NCBI GenBank assembly: GCA_012295275.1
Contig: CM022672.1
Span: forward strand, 31,930,001 to 31,994,000
Origin: Chrysomallon squamiferum
Taxonomy: Eukaryota; Animalia; Mollusca
Direction of reading: 5' to 3'
Length of the DNA: 64,000 bases
Part shown: one piece after another, positions 34,811-48,734 of the stretch
How positions within the stretch are numbered: position 1 is the stretch's first letter
Layout: each line of letters begins with the position of its first letter
The notes under the pieces: generated by a model
Database searches by the model: none
What the model was told of the DNA's origin: nothing
Seen by the model: only the letters and a program-made list of their open reading frames with translations
Program-made: the position numbers and the translations under genes

Positions 34811-34841
<31 letters not shown>

Positions 34842-35567
34842 TGAAAAAATCTTGAAAGATAACTGATATTAAGATAAATTTTATACCAGCCCTGATCTTA
34901 ACCCTAACTGTAACCGTAATACTAAACCTGTTTATAACAATGGACTATTTATTAACAAACATATCTGTTATCATGTCCTATTTTTTGTATATACGGTTAT
35001 ACATAAATAACTTGCTACTTTTAAATAAATAAATATAAAATAAATACATAAATAAATATAAAGACAGAGAGAGAAACAGAAAGAGAGAGGGGGGGGGGAA
35101 CAGAGAGAGAGAGAGAGGCAGAAATAGAGAGAAAAATATTCAGAGAGTGAGACAGACAGACAGAGATACTCAGACACTCGGGTATGTACACATAGAAAAG
35201 GCACGTAAAAATATCTTATTAACATATGCACTTAAGACCTTCTGGTTCTAACTCTGCTTAATTATTATGCAGGCGACACATATAGAAATGAAATATTCAA
35301 CCTTAAATACACACTTGTCATTGCCAGGTTTCCAGGAAAACACAGATGCACACAGAAATTACGTAAGGCAAAATACGGCGTGCTTTGTGGGAAGCGGTGA
35401 TTACCCTCAGTTACTGGGCAACCTTTTCAATATACACTTTATTCTGTTTCAACAGTTTGTTAACATAGACCATAGAGAATAATTCCTATTAGCAACTGAG
35501 TAATAATCATAATCATAACAACAACAACAACAACAACAGCAACAATAATAATAGTAATAACAACAAC

Positions 35568-35607
<40 letters not shown>

Positions 35608-35894
35608 TCAACAACAACAACAATAATAATAACAATAATACTAATACTCCTGTTATTTAATGATCACCACTCACAGTAAATGTCGAGTAACAAACACTTC
35701 GTGTTTCACAGTCTTCGTTTAGAAGACGACAAAACGGTTTATTGATAGAATGGGAGATAATTCCTATATGACTTGCATAGAGACAGCTTGAGTTATTTCC
35801 CTTTAGCGTTTGGAATTTATTCTTAATTAATTGTATATTTTGAATAAAAGCTTTTGATACATCATCGATTAATTATAAAAAAAACCCCAACATA

Positions 35895-37260
35895 TTCGTA
35901 CTTTGGAGTTTCAAATCAAACATGGATATCAACCTTTTCTAATAAACAGGAATCGTGTTTATATATAAATTACTAAACGCTTAAAACGTGACACAGGATA
36001 TAGACAAGGGGATCTGTTATTTCACTGCGTTTTCATTTTGTGTGTTGAGAGTCTTGGAATCTTGGTAAGAAATAAAAAACGAACATACGGGATTGAGATA
36101 AACGACAATGAATTGCTATTAGGTTGGTGTGATAAAACTCTGTGAGCATCTGTGGAAACAAAATGTTTGATCGATGTATCTGGTCTTAAAGTTAATGCAT
36201 ATCAAACAAATATAATAAACTGAGGGAAAGACCAAATTAATCATAAAAATAATCTGATCAAAACAAAAATTAAAATGGACTACAGAATTCACAATACTTG
36301 TGGTACGGTTTTCCACGGATCTGTATCAAATACAAGAATTAAACTTTAATGCAAAGTTGAAAGAGGTTAAAAGGCTGCTTGAACAAATATCAAATTATTC
36401 TTAGTATCCTCTAAGAAAAATTACTGCAATAAAAAGTTTATTTTTATCGAAAATTGTTTATTTTTTTTCTTCACTGCCAAATCCAATAAACTATTTTTTT
36501 TTTTTAATATTAGAAGCCTATTTCTTTCAGTTTATTTGGAATAAAAAACCTGATAAAATAGCTAGAAAAAAATGGTTGTTTAAGAGCAATAATTGTTAAG
36601 TTACTTTTTAATGCGTTAAAGATATCGTGGATTAAAGATAAATTTTAGCGAAGACATTGTCTCTCTTTTGAGTAACTGTTTATAATCAAAAGCTTCACTG
36701 ACATTAGTTTTAGGGTCAGCCTACAGTGAAGAAAAATTGTTGAAACGCACAAATTCCTTTTGGAAAAATGTTTTACACATAAGGTCAAACTTTCTAGAGA
36801 TATGCAGAAGGGACAAGATAAAAATACTACGTCAACAGATGTAATATAATGTTCGCATTAAAACTGATAATAAATCAGCTTATTATAAGACAGTGGCAAA
36901 GAAACCAATTTTATTTTTAAAAGCTCTTTTCGCTAACGACAACTGGATTTCATGCATTCCATTTTGTAGAAAAGAAAACATAACTTAAGACCACAATTTT
37001 ATATTTATAGTGTCTTGTTGCTAGCTATTAATAAAAAATAAAAGATAAAAAAAAAAAAAAAAAAAAAAGACAAAAGCATAAATTTGGTACAGAGTTCTGT
37101 GACAAATGCATGCAAACTAACTACAAACACCGAGCTTAGATACTTTCAGTACAAGAATTTATGATTTGTCTTAATAACAAACATTTGGTATTATATCGTA
37201 TAAAAAGATTCAGTTAAATGTGAATTTTGTAATATGTTTACTGAAAATGTAATACACATG
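35895..37260 (+). mobile_element. Decayed Tx1/L1-clade non-LTR retrotransposon fragment (reverse transcriptase to C-terminal region)
   Basis: Remnant motifs in order: WISTF, GYRQGDLLFHCVFILCVESLG (RQGDPLSPxLF motif), GIEIN, SGLKVN, LKWTTEFTIL...FSTDL...LNFNAKL, SLPNP, FIWNKKPDKI, ALKISWIK, NTELRYFQYK. Many stops and frameshifts. Confidence 0.85.
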
Positions 37261-38099
37261 TTCTCGTTATAATCTATTTTCTATTTTGTTTTTGTATGTT
37301 TCTTACAATAATATATACTTTTGTATATGTGATCAAATGTTTTTTATGTCTAAAACATGTTAATTTATTTATATGAACAAATACCTCTAAAACATATTAA
37401 TTCTTCTTCTTCTTCTTCTTCTTCTTATTGTTGTTGTTGTGGTTTTTACTAATGTTGTGGAGACTTCTGTATTTTAACACATTAATTTACTTTTACTTTT
37501 TTATTAGCTTGTTTTATTTGTATTATATATTATACTGTATCATTTGTAGTCAAACAAAAGAAAAGAAAAATAGAAAGAAAAATAAATAAATAAATAAAAA
37601 TACCAACACATAAATTAAAAAGTGAAACAAATAAATAAATAAATGAACAAACAATATTACCACAATGATGAGTATAAGTGTTAGTATTTGAACAAAGCTA
37701 TTTTTGTTATACTAAATAAAATAAAGGTAGTATTTGTCACACCTGTGTTTAGATCGCTCTGACTCATAACACATACAAATAAATGAGTGTCCCATGTATC
37801 CTCATTCACCATTACATTGCATTTTTTACGATCATAGTATATCGTTTCTTGTCGCCAATACCACTGACACGCTATTTTGATCTGACCTACATAACAGACA
37901 CTTGTTAACGATAACTTTTTCATCAATATATTGACTGAGAAATAAAGCTAAATAGTTTACAGAAAAAATTAGTAATGACAAATTATAATTTTTTAATTTT
38001 CTTTTATACGACAGGTTTTGCACAAAGTGTATGTATCTACCGCCATACGTGGCGTGACTTGTGCGATATCTGATTTCAATCACGTGATTATCAGCAGAC

Positions 38100-40214
38100 G
38101 ACTTAGTAAACGGCGACACCCAGAAACAGAAAGGTGTCAGTTCTAGGAAAACCACTCACAAACAAGACGAATTATCCAGAAGTAGTCGGCCATTTTGAAA
38201 CTTGAAGGTATTTTGTATCTTATTGTCATTTAATATATGCTGTACAATTGCCTTGCTTAAAACAAATCAGACATATTGAAATTGTTATCTATTTTGTAAG
38301 AGCTATAACGTTTTGGTGTGAATTTTGTTAAAATAGTTTTTTTCGTATCTTGCATACAGATTTCTAAGAAATATCGATAAAATATCGTCATTATAATAAT
38401 TATTATTCATTTAATAACATTAGTAGTAGTAATAATAATAGTATCACCTAAGTATAGTTCAGTTATTCATTTATTACTTACTCTATATATCTGTCGATCT
38501 GATTACGTTATATTACTTTATTTCATTTCATTTATTTATTTATCTATAGATCCCTGATCTCAGTGATCAATAGCAGAGTTGTTAAACGGAAATTACTCGT
38601 TTCTAAGAAATTATCGATCAGGAAGTTTTTCAGGTATGTATCTATTTCGAAACTACAAAGCATTTTATATTGTTCTTATTTTATTTTATTTTATCTATCT
38701 ATCTATCTATCTATCAATCTATCTATCTATATATATATATCTTATTTATTTCTTTGCATGTGTTTCGTTCAGTCTTTTTTTCTTCCTTTCTTCATTCGTT
38801 GCTTGTTATCTAACATTCGTTTTGATCTATCACCCATTATAACCAGTATATAAAATGTTTTCATCTACAAGGAAAAATTCAAAACAAAAACAAATTGAAA
38901 AAGAAAAGAAAACAAAGTATAAACATTATTGCTGCTACGGATATACATGTAACAAACAGGTCATGCAAGCTTCGTCAGAGAAATAAAACGTACATATTTC
39001 TTATTATTGTTGCTGTTGATATTGTTGTTGTTGCTGCTGCTGTTGTTGTTATTATTATTATTATTATTATTATTCATTACCTTTACAACTCACGTATAAA
39101 CAATGCAATCTAGTAGTACTTAATCTATTGAGTTAGAATTAAAGTTATCTGTTGTAAAGAAGATGTATGTAAGATGAGTATACAAATATCTCGTAAAACT
39201 ATTTGTTTATTTTAATCTGAGACTGAAACCTAACAAAATGACACTTTGTGACGTCTAAGATATTTGACGTCAGTCGCGTGTTTATCAGTGGAGGGTTTGA
39301 TAACTAAAAGTTTACAAAGCAGAAGTGAAACTAGTCAGCCATATTGAAAGTGTATGATATTTTATATTTTATTATGTTTGAACGATTCCGGTGTTCTTAA
39401 TTTATTACTAAATATATCAGAGTTAGTTCTGTAACAAATAGATTATTTAAGTGTGAGTTTTCTTTAAACTTAAATGAAAGATTACGTATAACATTACTTT
39501 ACTACAGTCTTTAGTATGATATTACTACTACTACTACTACTACTACTTCTACTACTACTACTACTACTTCTACCGTTGCCCTTATTATTATTAAAAAAAT
39601 AATAATTGACGTCTTTTATTATATATTTTATTTTATTTTTTATTTTATTTCATTTATTCTTAGATCGGTTATATCTGTGATCTACAGTTGAGTCGATAGA
39701 GAGAAAATAGTCGGTTATAAGAAATTGTCGATCAGGAAGTTAAAGGTATTTTGTATTGTTTTCCACTTTAAAAAACATCACATCTTTTTCCTTTATTTTT
39801 CTTACTACTTATTCTTTTTTCTTATATAGTGTTTCTTTTTAGATTTGTTATTGTCTTTAATTATGTTGTCTTTTCCAGGAATAAAATGATGTATAAATCA
39901 CTATATGTACATTGCTATTTGAAAATCGTTTGTGCCGCAGTGAAATATTTTTTACCTGACTGTGTCCAGACATGTCTGTGTATAATAATAATAATTATAA
40001 TAACAATTATTGTTGTTGTCGTCATCGTAATCACTAATGTAAGCATAATGTACTTCTTTTTATCTTTTATTGATTCGGTATATATTTATCTGATTTTTTT
40101 TTCTTTCTTTCTTTCATTATCTTTTATTTATTTGTTTATTTTTAGATCTGTGATCGAAGTATTGAGCAGTACAGGCGTTAAACAGAAAGTAGTCCTTGTT
40201 AGAAATTATCTTAG
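38100..40214 (+). promoter_or_regulatory. Putative promoters and duplicated 5' non-coding exons of the BTB gene
   Basis: GCCATTTTG/GCCATATTG (YY1-like) motifs followed by GT donors at 38208 and 39352. AG/GT-bounded, ATG-less, mutually similar exons at 38550-38633, 39664-39745 and 40146-40214. TCACGTGA and TGACGTCA/TGACGTCT motifs lie upstream. Confidence 0.55.
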
Positions 40215-40378
40215 GTTAATTATTTCTTTACATAAAACTGTTTGTTTGAAAGATTTCCGTGTACAGGTCATAGCTAGATATAAATATAGAAACCTGGTCA
40301 CTGCAATGCTAGGCGCTGCAACAGAACTCTGACCTGTACACAGAAACATGTTAAAATTATATTTGGTATGAGGTTATT

Positions 40379-40425
<47 letters not shown>

Positions 40426-40576
40426 CATCATCATCATCATCATCATCATCAACATCATCATCATCATCATTATTATTATTAATATTATTAATTAAATGTT
40501 TTTATTATTGTTATTAGCCCTAAGAATTGTTACACTTCTGTGTCCGAAAAATTTCTTTTTCTTTCTCTCCATTCCA

Positions 40577-40643
<67 letters not shown>

Positions 40644-40659
40644 TGTTTACAGTGAAATC

Positions 40660-42105
40660 TTGGCCACCGCAGCAGAAGTTTCAAGTTGGCAGACAGGGAA
40701 AAAACTGACAGAATGTATTGAACACGTTTTTCGTACGAGAACAGACAGCGACGTCAGATTTGTTGTTGGGGAAGAAGAAAAAACTGTGGATGCACATCGC
40801 TTCATCCTTATGATACGAAGTACAGTCTTCCACAGGATGCTGATGGGAGAACTTCGCGAACAAAACAGCATCCGGTTGCCTGATGTGCAGGCTGATGTTT
40901 TCACAGAGTTTTTAAAGTATGTTAACACACACACACACACACACAGAAACACAGACACATACATACCGACACGAACGTTGATAACAATACAGTTTTTGTT
41001 AGTAATCTAATTATTTTCTAATTAATTATTTTCTAATTAATTAATCTCCCATAATTATCTCTCGTTTTGAAGTCTTACTCTACTTCTTTTACACAGATAT
41101 CTTTATACGGATGACGTCGTCCTAACAGGCGACAATGTCACCGGTCTGCTGTATCTATCGAGGAAGTACGTCGTCACGACACTGGAAGATCAGTGCGTGC
41201 GCTATTTGGAGTCGTCGTTGTCGTCACAGAATGCGTGCGTCGTGCTGGAACAAGCTCACCTGTTTGATGAACATGATCTAAGAAAAAAAACTTTGGACTT
41301 CATTTTGGAAAATGGCGACGAAGTTCTGAAGTCGGATGAAGTCACCGATCTGTCACGAATGTCTGGTTGAGATCGTACGATCAGACGAACTGACAGCAGA
41401 CGAGAAAAATGTTTTCGAAGCCGCTGTGAAGTGGGCTGACAGCGCGTGTAAGAAGCAAGGAAGACAGACGAATGCACAGAACATGCGCGAAGCACTGGGA
41501 GAGGCCGTGAAGCACGTGCGTTATCCATTACTCGATCAGACGTATTTTGTAGAACACGTGACACCCACTAACATACTCAGTGACAGAGAAGAAAACAAGA
41601 TTTTTAAAAACTGGGTGAAGAGTGATGAAGATGTTTCACCTTTTAACTCAAACATGAGAACTGCAATGATGAAAAACACAGATTTTCTGGTGAAGAAGAT
41701 CAATCCATTACTTTCTCTGTCAACAAAAACGCTTTACTTCGCGGATTTCTGTTGTACGGTCACCGCGAACCACAAAACTACGACGTCAGCGCCTTCGTCA
41801 CTGACACAAGAACAGACGAAATAGTTGACGGGTCTACACTGACACAGAGATATGAACACGTCGTGTCTGACGTGTATGACGTCGTGTTCAGACGTCCAGT
41901 GAAGATTACTAAAGACACTGAGTACAGCTTGTTTGTTACTGTTAAGGGAGACAACTCATTGTGTGGAGTTAAAGGTAAATCAGAAATTGTTGTAGACTCT
42001 TTTGTTTGTAGATTTTCTGTCTCACACAAAACTAAACACAGTCACAGACTACTTGTTACACGTGTGCACAGTGGACAAATACCTGCTTTGTTATTTTTAG
42101 TGTAA
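40660..42105 (+). pseudogene. BTB/POZ-BACK-PHR protein gene (BTBD1/2/3/6 family), disabled as assembled
   Basis: Exons 40653-40916 and 41097-42105. BTB: SDVRFVVG...AHRFILMIRSTVFHRML...LPDV...F...LKYLYTD. BACK: DEKNVFEAAVKWA...VRYPLL. PHR: ITFSVNK...GFLLYG...GQIPALLF. TTG sits at the expected start (TTG GCC ACC), with frameshifts at ~41352 and ~41660-41690. Confidence 0.88.
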
Positions 42106-42776
42106 AAAACAACATCGTTCAAACACTGTCACTTTTAGTTATCACTGGCCTAATATTTTTATTTTTATTTATTTGTTCATTTATTGATTTATTGATTTGT
42201 TTACGTTTTTCTGATGACGTCATACAGCAGTGATGACGTCATAGACACTTGATTTGATTTGAAATTTTCTACTGGATTGTTTTGTGTCAAACATACATGT
42301 AAAATGTATATTAACATCTCATTGCTTTATCATTTATTTATTTATTTATTGTTTAAGTATATCTATAGTTTGTATATAAAACTTAATATTTTTAACTATT
42401 TCTTGCTTCATTTGTACTTTCTTCTATTTCGGTTTAAAATGTGTATAAAATAAAATGTAGATAAATTATATATCTACTTACTGACTGTTGGACATGAAAT
42501 ACAAGAACTGTTATTTGATTTATTTATGAATTTTCTTTTTTTCAGATTTATATTAAATATGTAAGTAAATTAGATTACGTTTCGAATTTACTATTTGTTT
42601 GTTTATGTATAAGATGTATATAAACAAAGTGCAAATAAATTTGTTTTTGTATCATGAATTCGTACATCGTTTATTTTTGTATTTAATTTGTGTTTAGAAT
42701 AAAAACAGAAAATCAAGTTTTATTATTTAGTTTCTGTAATACTTTTCTTATCTGAATACAGTGTTGTTATCAACTG

Positions 42777-42838
<62 letters not shown>

Positions 42839-43033
42839 GTAACTACATCACAAACACTGTCCTCATATGCTTGGTTCTCCTCACAAGGCTCATCTTCATC
42901 TGACATATCAGTCTGAAATGTTTTGTTACAGTATTGTTAAAAAAACAACAAAAAAACAAAACAGGATCTGACACAACATATCTTCCATCACAGCAAAGTA
43001 TATGAACATTGATCTTACATAAAAGAAACAAAT

Positions 43034-43065
<32 letters not shown>

Positions 43066-43661
43066 AATAATAAAATAAAATGTTAAATATAAATACCTGA
43101 AGTGTGTCATACAACCCAACAGTCCAGGTCTGGAAAAGACATTTCAAGAAATGATTAATATTTTTCACTTTTCATGCACTGCAAAAAATCCAATGAAAAA
43201 ACATCAGAATTGCTACAACTTATTATAATATTGTAAAAAAATAAAAATAAAAAAATTAAAATTAAACATTAATGAGAACATATACCCATAAAGTTTATTG
43301 TACATTTGTGTTTGAACATATAACTTCATTCATATGACCAGACAGCAATTATATATATAGGTAGAACACTGGCTTGAAAAATAACAGACAGCTGGTTCAA
43401 GCCTCATCAGTTGTAGCCCAGTGATTTGAGTTACTGTTCAGTGATTAAGTCTTTGTGAATAGTCCAAGCTTGTGAAGAAAACCTAATATTTTACATTCAG
43501 TAAAAAATTAACTGATCTTTTCTGATCTTGTCATGAAACAATTTAATTCTGCATATCTCTAAAGTGTATATGTAACATTAACAGAGTAGTAAGAGTAAGA
43601 AATATTTCACATCTTAAAATGGATTTTAAAAATTGTATTTTTTTTTTTATATAATTGTTTT

Positions 43662-43719
<58 letters not shown>

Positions 43720-44277
43720 CAAGTTTATTAAAAATAGTTTTCTATAAAATAAATAAATAAAACAAAAACAGCTGTAGTAAAATATTTGTATTGGCTCAGG
43801 TTCAGTTTTTGTGAAAATAATTATTTCTTCTAATACTCTCTTTATGTATGAAACATTCTTAAATGACCTTAAAGAAAAATAAGAAAACAACCATTTTTAT
43901 CTATTTTGTACATCCAGCACTCATGCCATAATCTATATTTGATACATAATAAATATCCATAGCTTTGCCAAAACTTCTTTATTCAGGATTTACTGCTTTC
44001 ATTGGTATCTGAAATGTTACATTATTTTCAAAGATTCAAGTCTGATTTATTAAAGTGTTGTCTATGATATCCTTTCTTTTTTCCACTTTTGTTGATAGTA
44101 TTGAGATCTTCACTCTGATCAATGGGTAACTGTCACTTGAGATCCAGCAACACACCCACTGCCTTGTTTATAACAGTTTACTCTGATTTATATGTTATTA
44201 GCACACTAACCAACACCTTTCAAATTTGAGTCCAGGTTTGAAAATAGAGATAAACTTGTTGTGTGTCACATTACACT

Positions 44278-45491
44278 AGCTGTGTAAGTTGTATTTGAAT
44301 CAATTCATAGGTCACTGACATGTAATTCTATAGACAACAGCCCTGTAAGTTGTATTTAAATAATTTCACTGGTTGCTGACATGTTATTCTGTAGACAACA
44401 GCTGTGTAAGTTGTATTTAAATCATTTCACTGGTTGCTGACATGTTATTCTGTAGACAACAGCTGTGTAAGTTGTATTTAAATCATTTCACTGGTTGCTG
44501 ACATGTAATTCTGTAGACAACAGCTGTGTAATTTGTGTTTAAATCATTTCACTGGTTGCTGACATGTAATTCTGTAGACAACAGCTGTGTAATTTGTGTT
44601 TGAATCATTTCACTGGTTGCTGACATGTAATTCTGTAGACAACAGCTGTGTAAGTTGTGTTTGAATCATTTCACTGGTTGCTGACATGTAATTCTGTAGA
44701 CAACAGCTGTGTAAGTTGTGTTTGAATCATTTCACTGGTTGCTGACATGTAATTCTGTAGACAACAGCTGTGTAAGTTGTATTTAAATCATTTCACTGGT
44801 TGCTGACATGTAATTCTGTAGACAACAGCTGTGTAAGTTGTATTTAAATCATTTCACTGGTTGCTGACATGTAATTCTGTATACAACAGCTGTGTAAGTT
44901 GTTTTTAAATCATTTCACTGGTTGCTGACATGTAATTCTGTAGACAACAGCTGTGTAAGTTGTTTTAAATCATTTCACTGGTTGCTGACATGTAATTCTG
45001 TAGACAACAGCTGTGTAAGTTGTATTTAAATCATTTCACTGGTTGCTGACATGTAATTCTGTAGACAACAGCTGTGTAAGTTGTATTTAAATCATTTCAC
45101 TGGTTGCTGACATGTAATTCTGTAGACAACAGCTGTGTAAGTTGTATTTGAATCATTTCACTGGTTGCTGACATGTAATTATGTAGGCAACAGCTGTGTA
45201 AGTTGTATTTGAATCATTTCACTGGTTGCTGACATGTAATTCTGTAGACAACAGCTGTGTAAGTTGTATTTAAATCATTTCACTGGTTGCTGACATGCAA
45301 TTCTGTAGACAACAGCTGTGTAAGTTGTATTTCAATAATTTCACTAGTTGCTGACATGTAATTCTGTAGACAACAGCTGTGTAAGTTGTATTTAAATCAC
45401 TTCACTGGATGCTGACATGTACATCTGTAGACAACAGCTGTGTAAGTTGTATTTAAATCATTTCACTGGTTTCTGACATGTACATCTGTAG
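44278..45491. repeat. 61-bp tandem satellite, about 20 copies
   Basis: Unit ACAACAGCTGTGTAAGTTGTATTTAAATCATTTCACTGGTTGCTGACATGTAATTCTGTAG; period 61 (44761 to 44822); no spacers. Confidence 0.97.
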
Positions 45492-45875
45492 CAGAACAGA
45501 TAAGAGCTGTGAGATGTTTACTGCAACACTGACCAGGTTGCCAGTTCGAGATCTGAAATAGAGAAATGAGCTTGTTATCAAATATATCAATAGATGTTAT
45601 TGCTGCTGAACTGGCAACAAATATATTTTTTATTTATTTATTTACTTTTGTTCTTTGTTTTAAATCCAGAAAAACTACAAATACTATGCTGTCAGTTTTT
45701 ACTCTGAAAATTAGAAGTACTGAGATCCTATGTCCAAATTACAGTTTTAATCTCAAAACATCACTTTTAACCTCTCTTATGTCAAGAAATCAAAATTTAG
45801 CTCTCCAACTCAATTTTCTAAATTTTAGTTTAAAATACATGTTTAAAACATGAACATCTTTAAATCTTATTTACC

Positions 45876-45953
<78 letters not shown>

Positions 45954-45999
45954 CCTTTGTCTTCATTAATGAAGATTATGTACCAAGCCTCTAAGAGCT

Positions 46000-48210
46000 G
46001 AGGCCTTTATACTAGCTAAGTTTTAATATCCTGCAGTCCACAACACTTAATAGAAATACACTAGAAGAATTTATGTACCTCTCCTCCTCTGTTTCTTTCA
46101 CCAATTTCACTGCATAAAGCCTTTATATATACCAGAATATTACAAGTGGAATCTCAAATGCTGTAGTTGAATCAAGGTCACTGAATATTAATTAGATCTT
46201 TTTAAATATGTACAAATGTATGTAAGTGTAGTATGTTAAAATAGTATTGCAGTAATATAAAACACCCATATTAAAGTGTATTCATGGTATGAAAAGTAAC
46301 AAAAGATTAAAAAGTTAAATCTAAGTTGTACGTGTAACAGAAGAATGTATGTATAAATTAACAGAGAAAGACAGACAAAAAAATATCATATAGCCATTTA
46401 AAAATTCAGATGAACAGACAGAAAAAATAAGAAATAGAGAGACTGACGAAAATATCATACAGAGAGAGAAAAAAAAAATAATAACCAAATTAAAACTAAA
46501 TATTTACTGCATACATTTCAACTTCTATATTGTTGATGTATGTTTTCAGTTCTTCCTTTAGGAGACTAGTAAGTTTTCAACTTCATCTTGCAAATGACAC
46601 TGTCAATGTTTTAGCAAAAAAGGAAAAAGCTTTGTTAAAAAACCTGAAACAACAGCAACAACAATAAAAACAAAACAACAACAACAATAATAATAATATT
46701 AATAATAATAACAATAACATCATCTTTATGGACATTGGTATGGCTGTATCATGGTGAAAATGAGAACTGAGGTATGAAACTGAACTGACTCACTTTCAGT
46801 CACTCTAACCACTCTCTGTTTCTCTCTGCCTCTATCCTAATCTCTGTACATTTTATTTTATGTTTACCTTTTGACAGTTTCCAAGTTTGTTCAGCTGCTC
46901 ACTGTTATTTTTTAAAAGTCATCCTTCCTAAAACAGAGGTAGTTAACTCTTTCACTGTTAACTGACAAGTTCATATCAGTAATAGAAATAATGTTTTCTG
47001 AGTTGACTCTTTCAGTCTTAAAATGTAATATCAGTTACAGAAATAGTTTTCTGATTTAACTTTCATTGTTAGCTATTTTATATCAGTGACTGAAATAGTG
47101 TTTTCTGAATTAAGTCTTTCACATTAATGATAGGAATACTGTTTTTCCAGTTAACTCTTTCACTGATAACTATTTCATATTAGTAACAGAAATGATGTTT
47201 TCTTGTATGCAAACAAATATTAGGAAACTATTTAAGTAAAAACAGTAAAATAAATGAGTAAATAAATATTTTGAAATGAATTAAAAAGTAAAATAAATAT
47301 AAATATAAATATAAATAAAGCATGGTACAGTAAAGTGAAGTAAATGCCGGGAAAGATAAAACTGTTGAGACAGAAATAACATTTTAAAAACTCTCACACT
47401 CTCACACATTCTCTATCACTCACACAAACAAACAGCCAAGGACTTTATATTAGCTAAGTTTTAATCTCCTGCAGTGCTTTACAAAATAGATTCATCCAAA
47501 ACAGTTGATAAAAATACTGTTGAAGTCTTTACATACCTCTCCTCATCTGTTCAGTTCACCAGAACCCACAGTGTATTTGAAAGCAGAAACTGAGTCTTGA
47601 TATATTCAGATTACTAATTGAATTTCACAACTCCTGAAGATGAATAAATGTCATAATAAGATGTCTTCAAATATGTCCAAATGTACACAAGTTATATTGA
47701 AAATTATATTATATGTATATTAAACATCCATGCTGAGCTATATTCCTGTAACAAAACATTTTTGAAGATGTAGATCTTAGTTGTACTTTTAATGGAGGAA
47801 TACATGTAATAAACTGACTGAGGGACACAGACACGTAAATAAATAAAACTACAGAGATAGATAAATAGAGAAAATGATGCAGATGTAAAGCGATCAATAA
47901 TAATAATAGTAATAATAATAATAGATAAATAAAATAAAATATTGACAGATGGACTCATATAGATAGTCAGGTACAGAGAGTATGAGAAAGACAAATAAAA
48001 ATTATCTAATAAACCCTGGAATAATACAAATTAATACCTAAATTAAAAGAAAATATTTGTTTGACTAACTTTGCCACTTACATGTTGTCTGTTTTTGTTT
48101 TGAGTTCTTGGTTTATGAGGTTTAGTAATTTGTCATCTTCAGTTGTCAGCTTCATCTTCTGAATGATGATGTAAGGAAGGCCAACTCTGTGTTAAAAACA
48201 TGAAATTAGA
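46000..48210 (-). repeat. Old diverged duplication of a two-exon-like module (~46000-46650 and ~47440-48210)
   Basis: Shared CTTTATA(C/T)TAGCTAAGTTTTAAT(A/C)TCCTGCAGT at 46006 and 47443. Both copies have minus-strand donors after GAGGAGAG, and LLKEELKT and LINQELKT remnants. Confidence 0.6.
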
Positions 48211-48570
48211 AAAATAAAAAATAAAAAATATTAACATCTTCCTTATCAAGAAAAACATGAGAATTCAAGTATCAAACTGAGCCTGTTTTTATACACACTT
48301 ATAACTTGACTTTTTGAAAACTTGCTGTTTTCATAATTCAGATATTCTAAAATTAAACATTGCACATTGAGACTTCAATACATAACAATCTGAATATAAC
48401 CAAAACACTGTTACAACTTCTGTATGGAATATTACATAGTTTTTATCCCAAAAATGTATGTCTGAAAGAATTAAAAATCAGTCTGAATATAAACATTTTA
48501 AAGGAAGTTATTCTTTTTCTTATTATTAAACATTTCTGTGCTGAAGTAAGAAAAGGAATGTAAGATAAAG

Positions 48571-48734
48571 AATACTGAAACATTCTAGAAGTAAATGAGT
48601 GTAATGGTGTATTGAGATCACTGACAATACTGAAACATTCTAGAAGTAAATGAGTGTACTGGTGTATTGAGATCACTGACAATACTGAAACATTCTAGAA
48701 GTAAATGAGTGTACTGGTGTATTGAGATCACTGA
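48571..48734. repeat. 55-bp tandem repeat, 3 copies
   Basis: AATACTGAAACATTCTAGAAGTAAATGAGTGTACTGGTGTATTGAGATCACTGAC at 48571, 48626 and 48681. Confidence 0.95.

Noticed and set aside
44278-45491. 61-bp repeats as a CRISPR array or coding repeat
   Set aside because: No variable spacers; the period is not a multiple of 3 and no long ORF spans the array.
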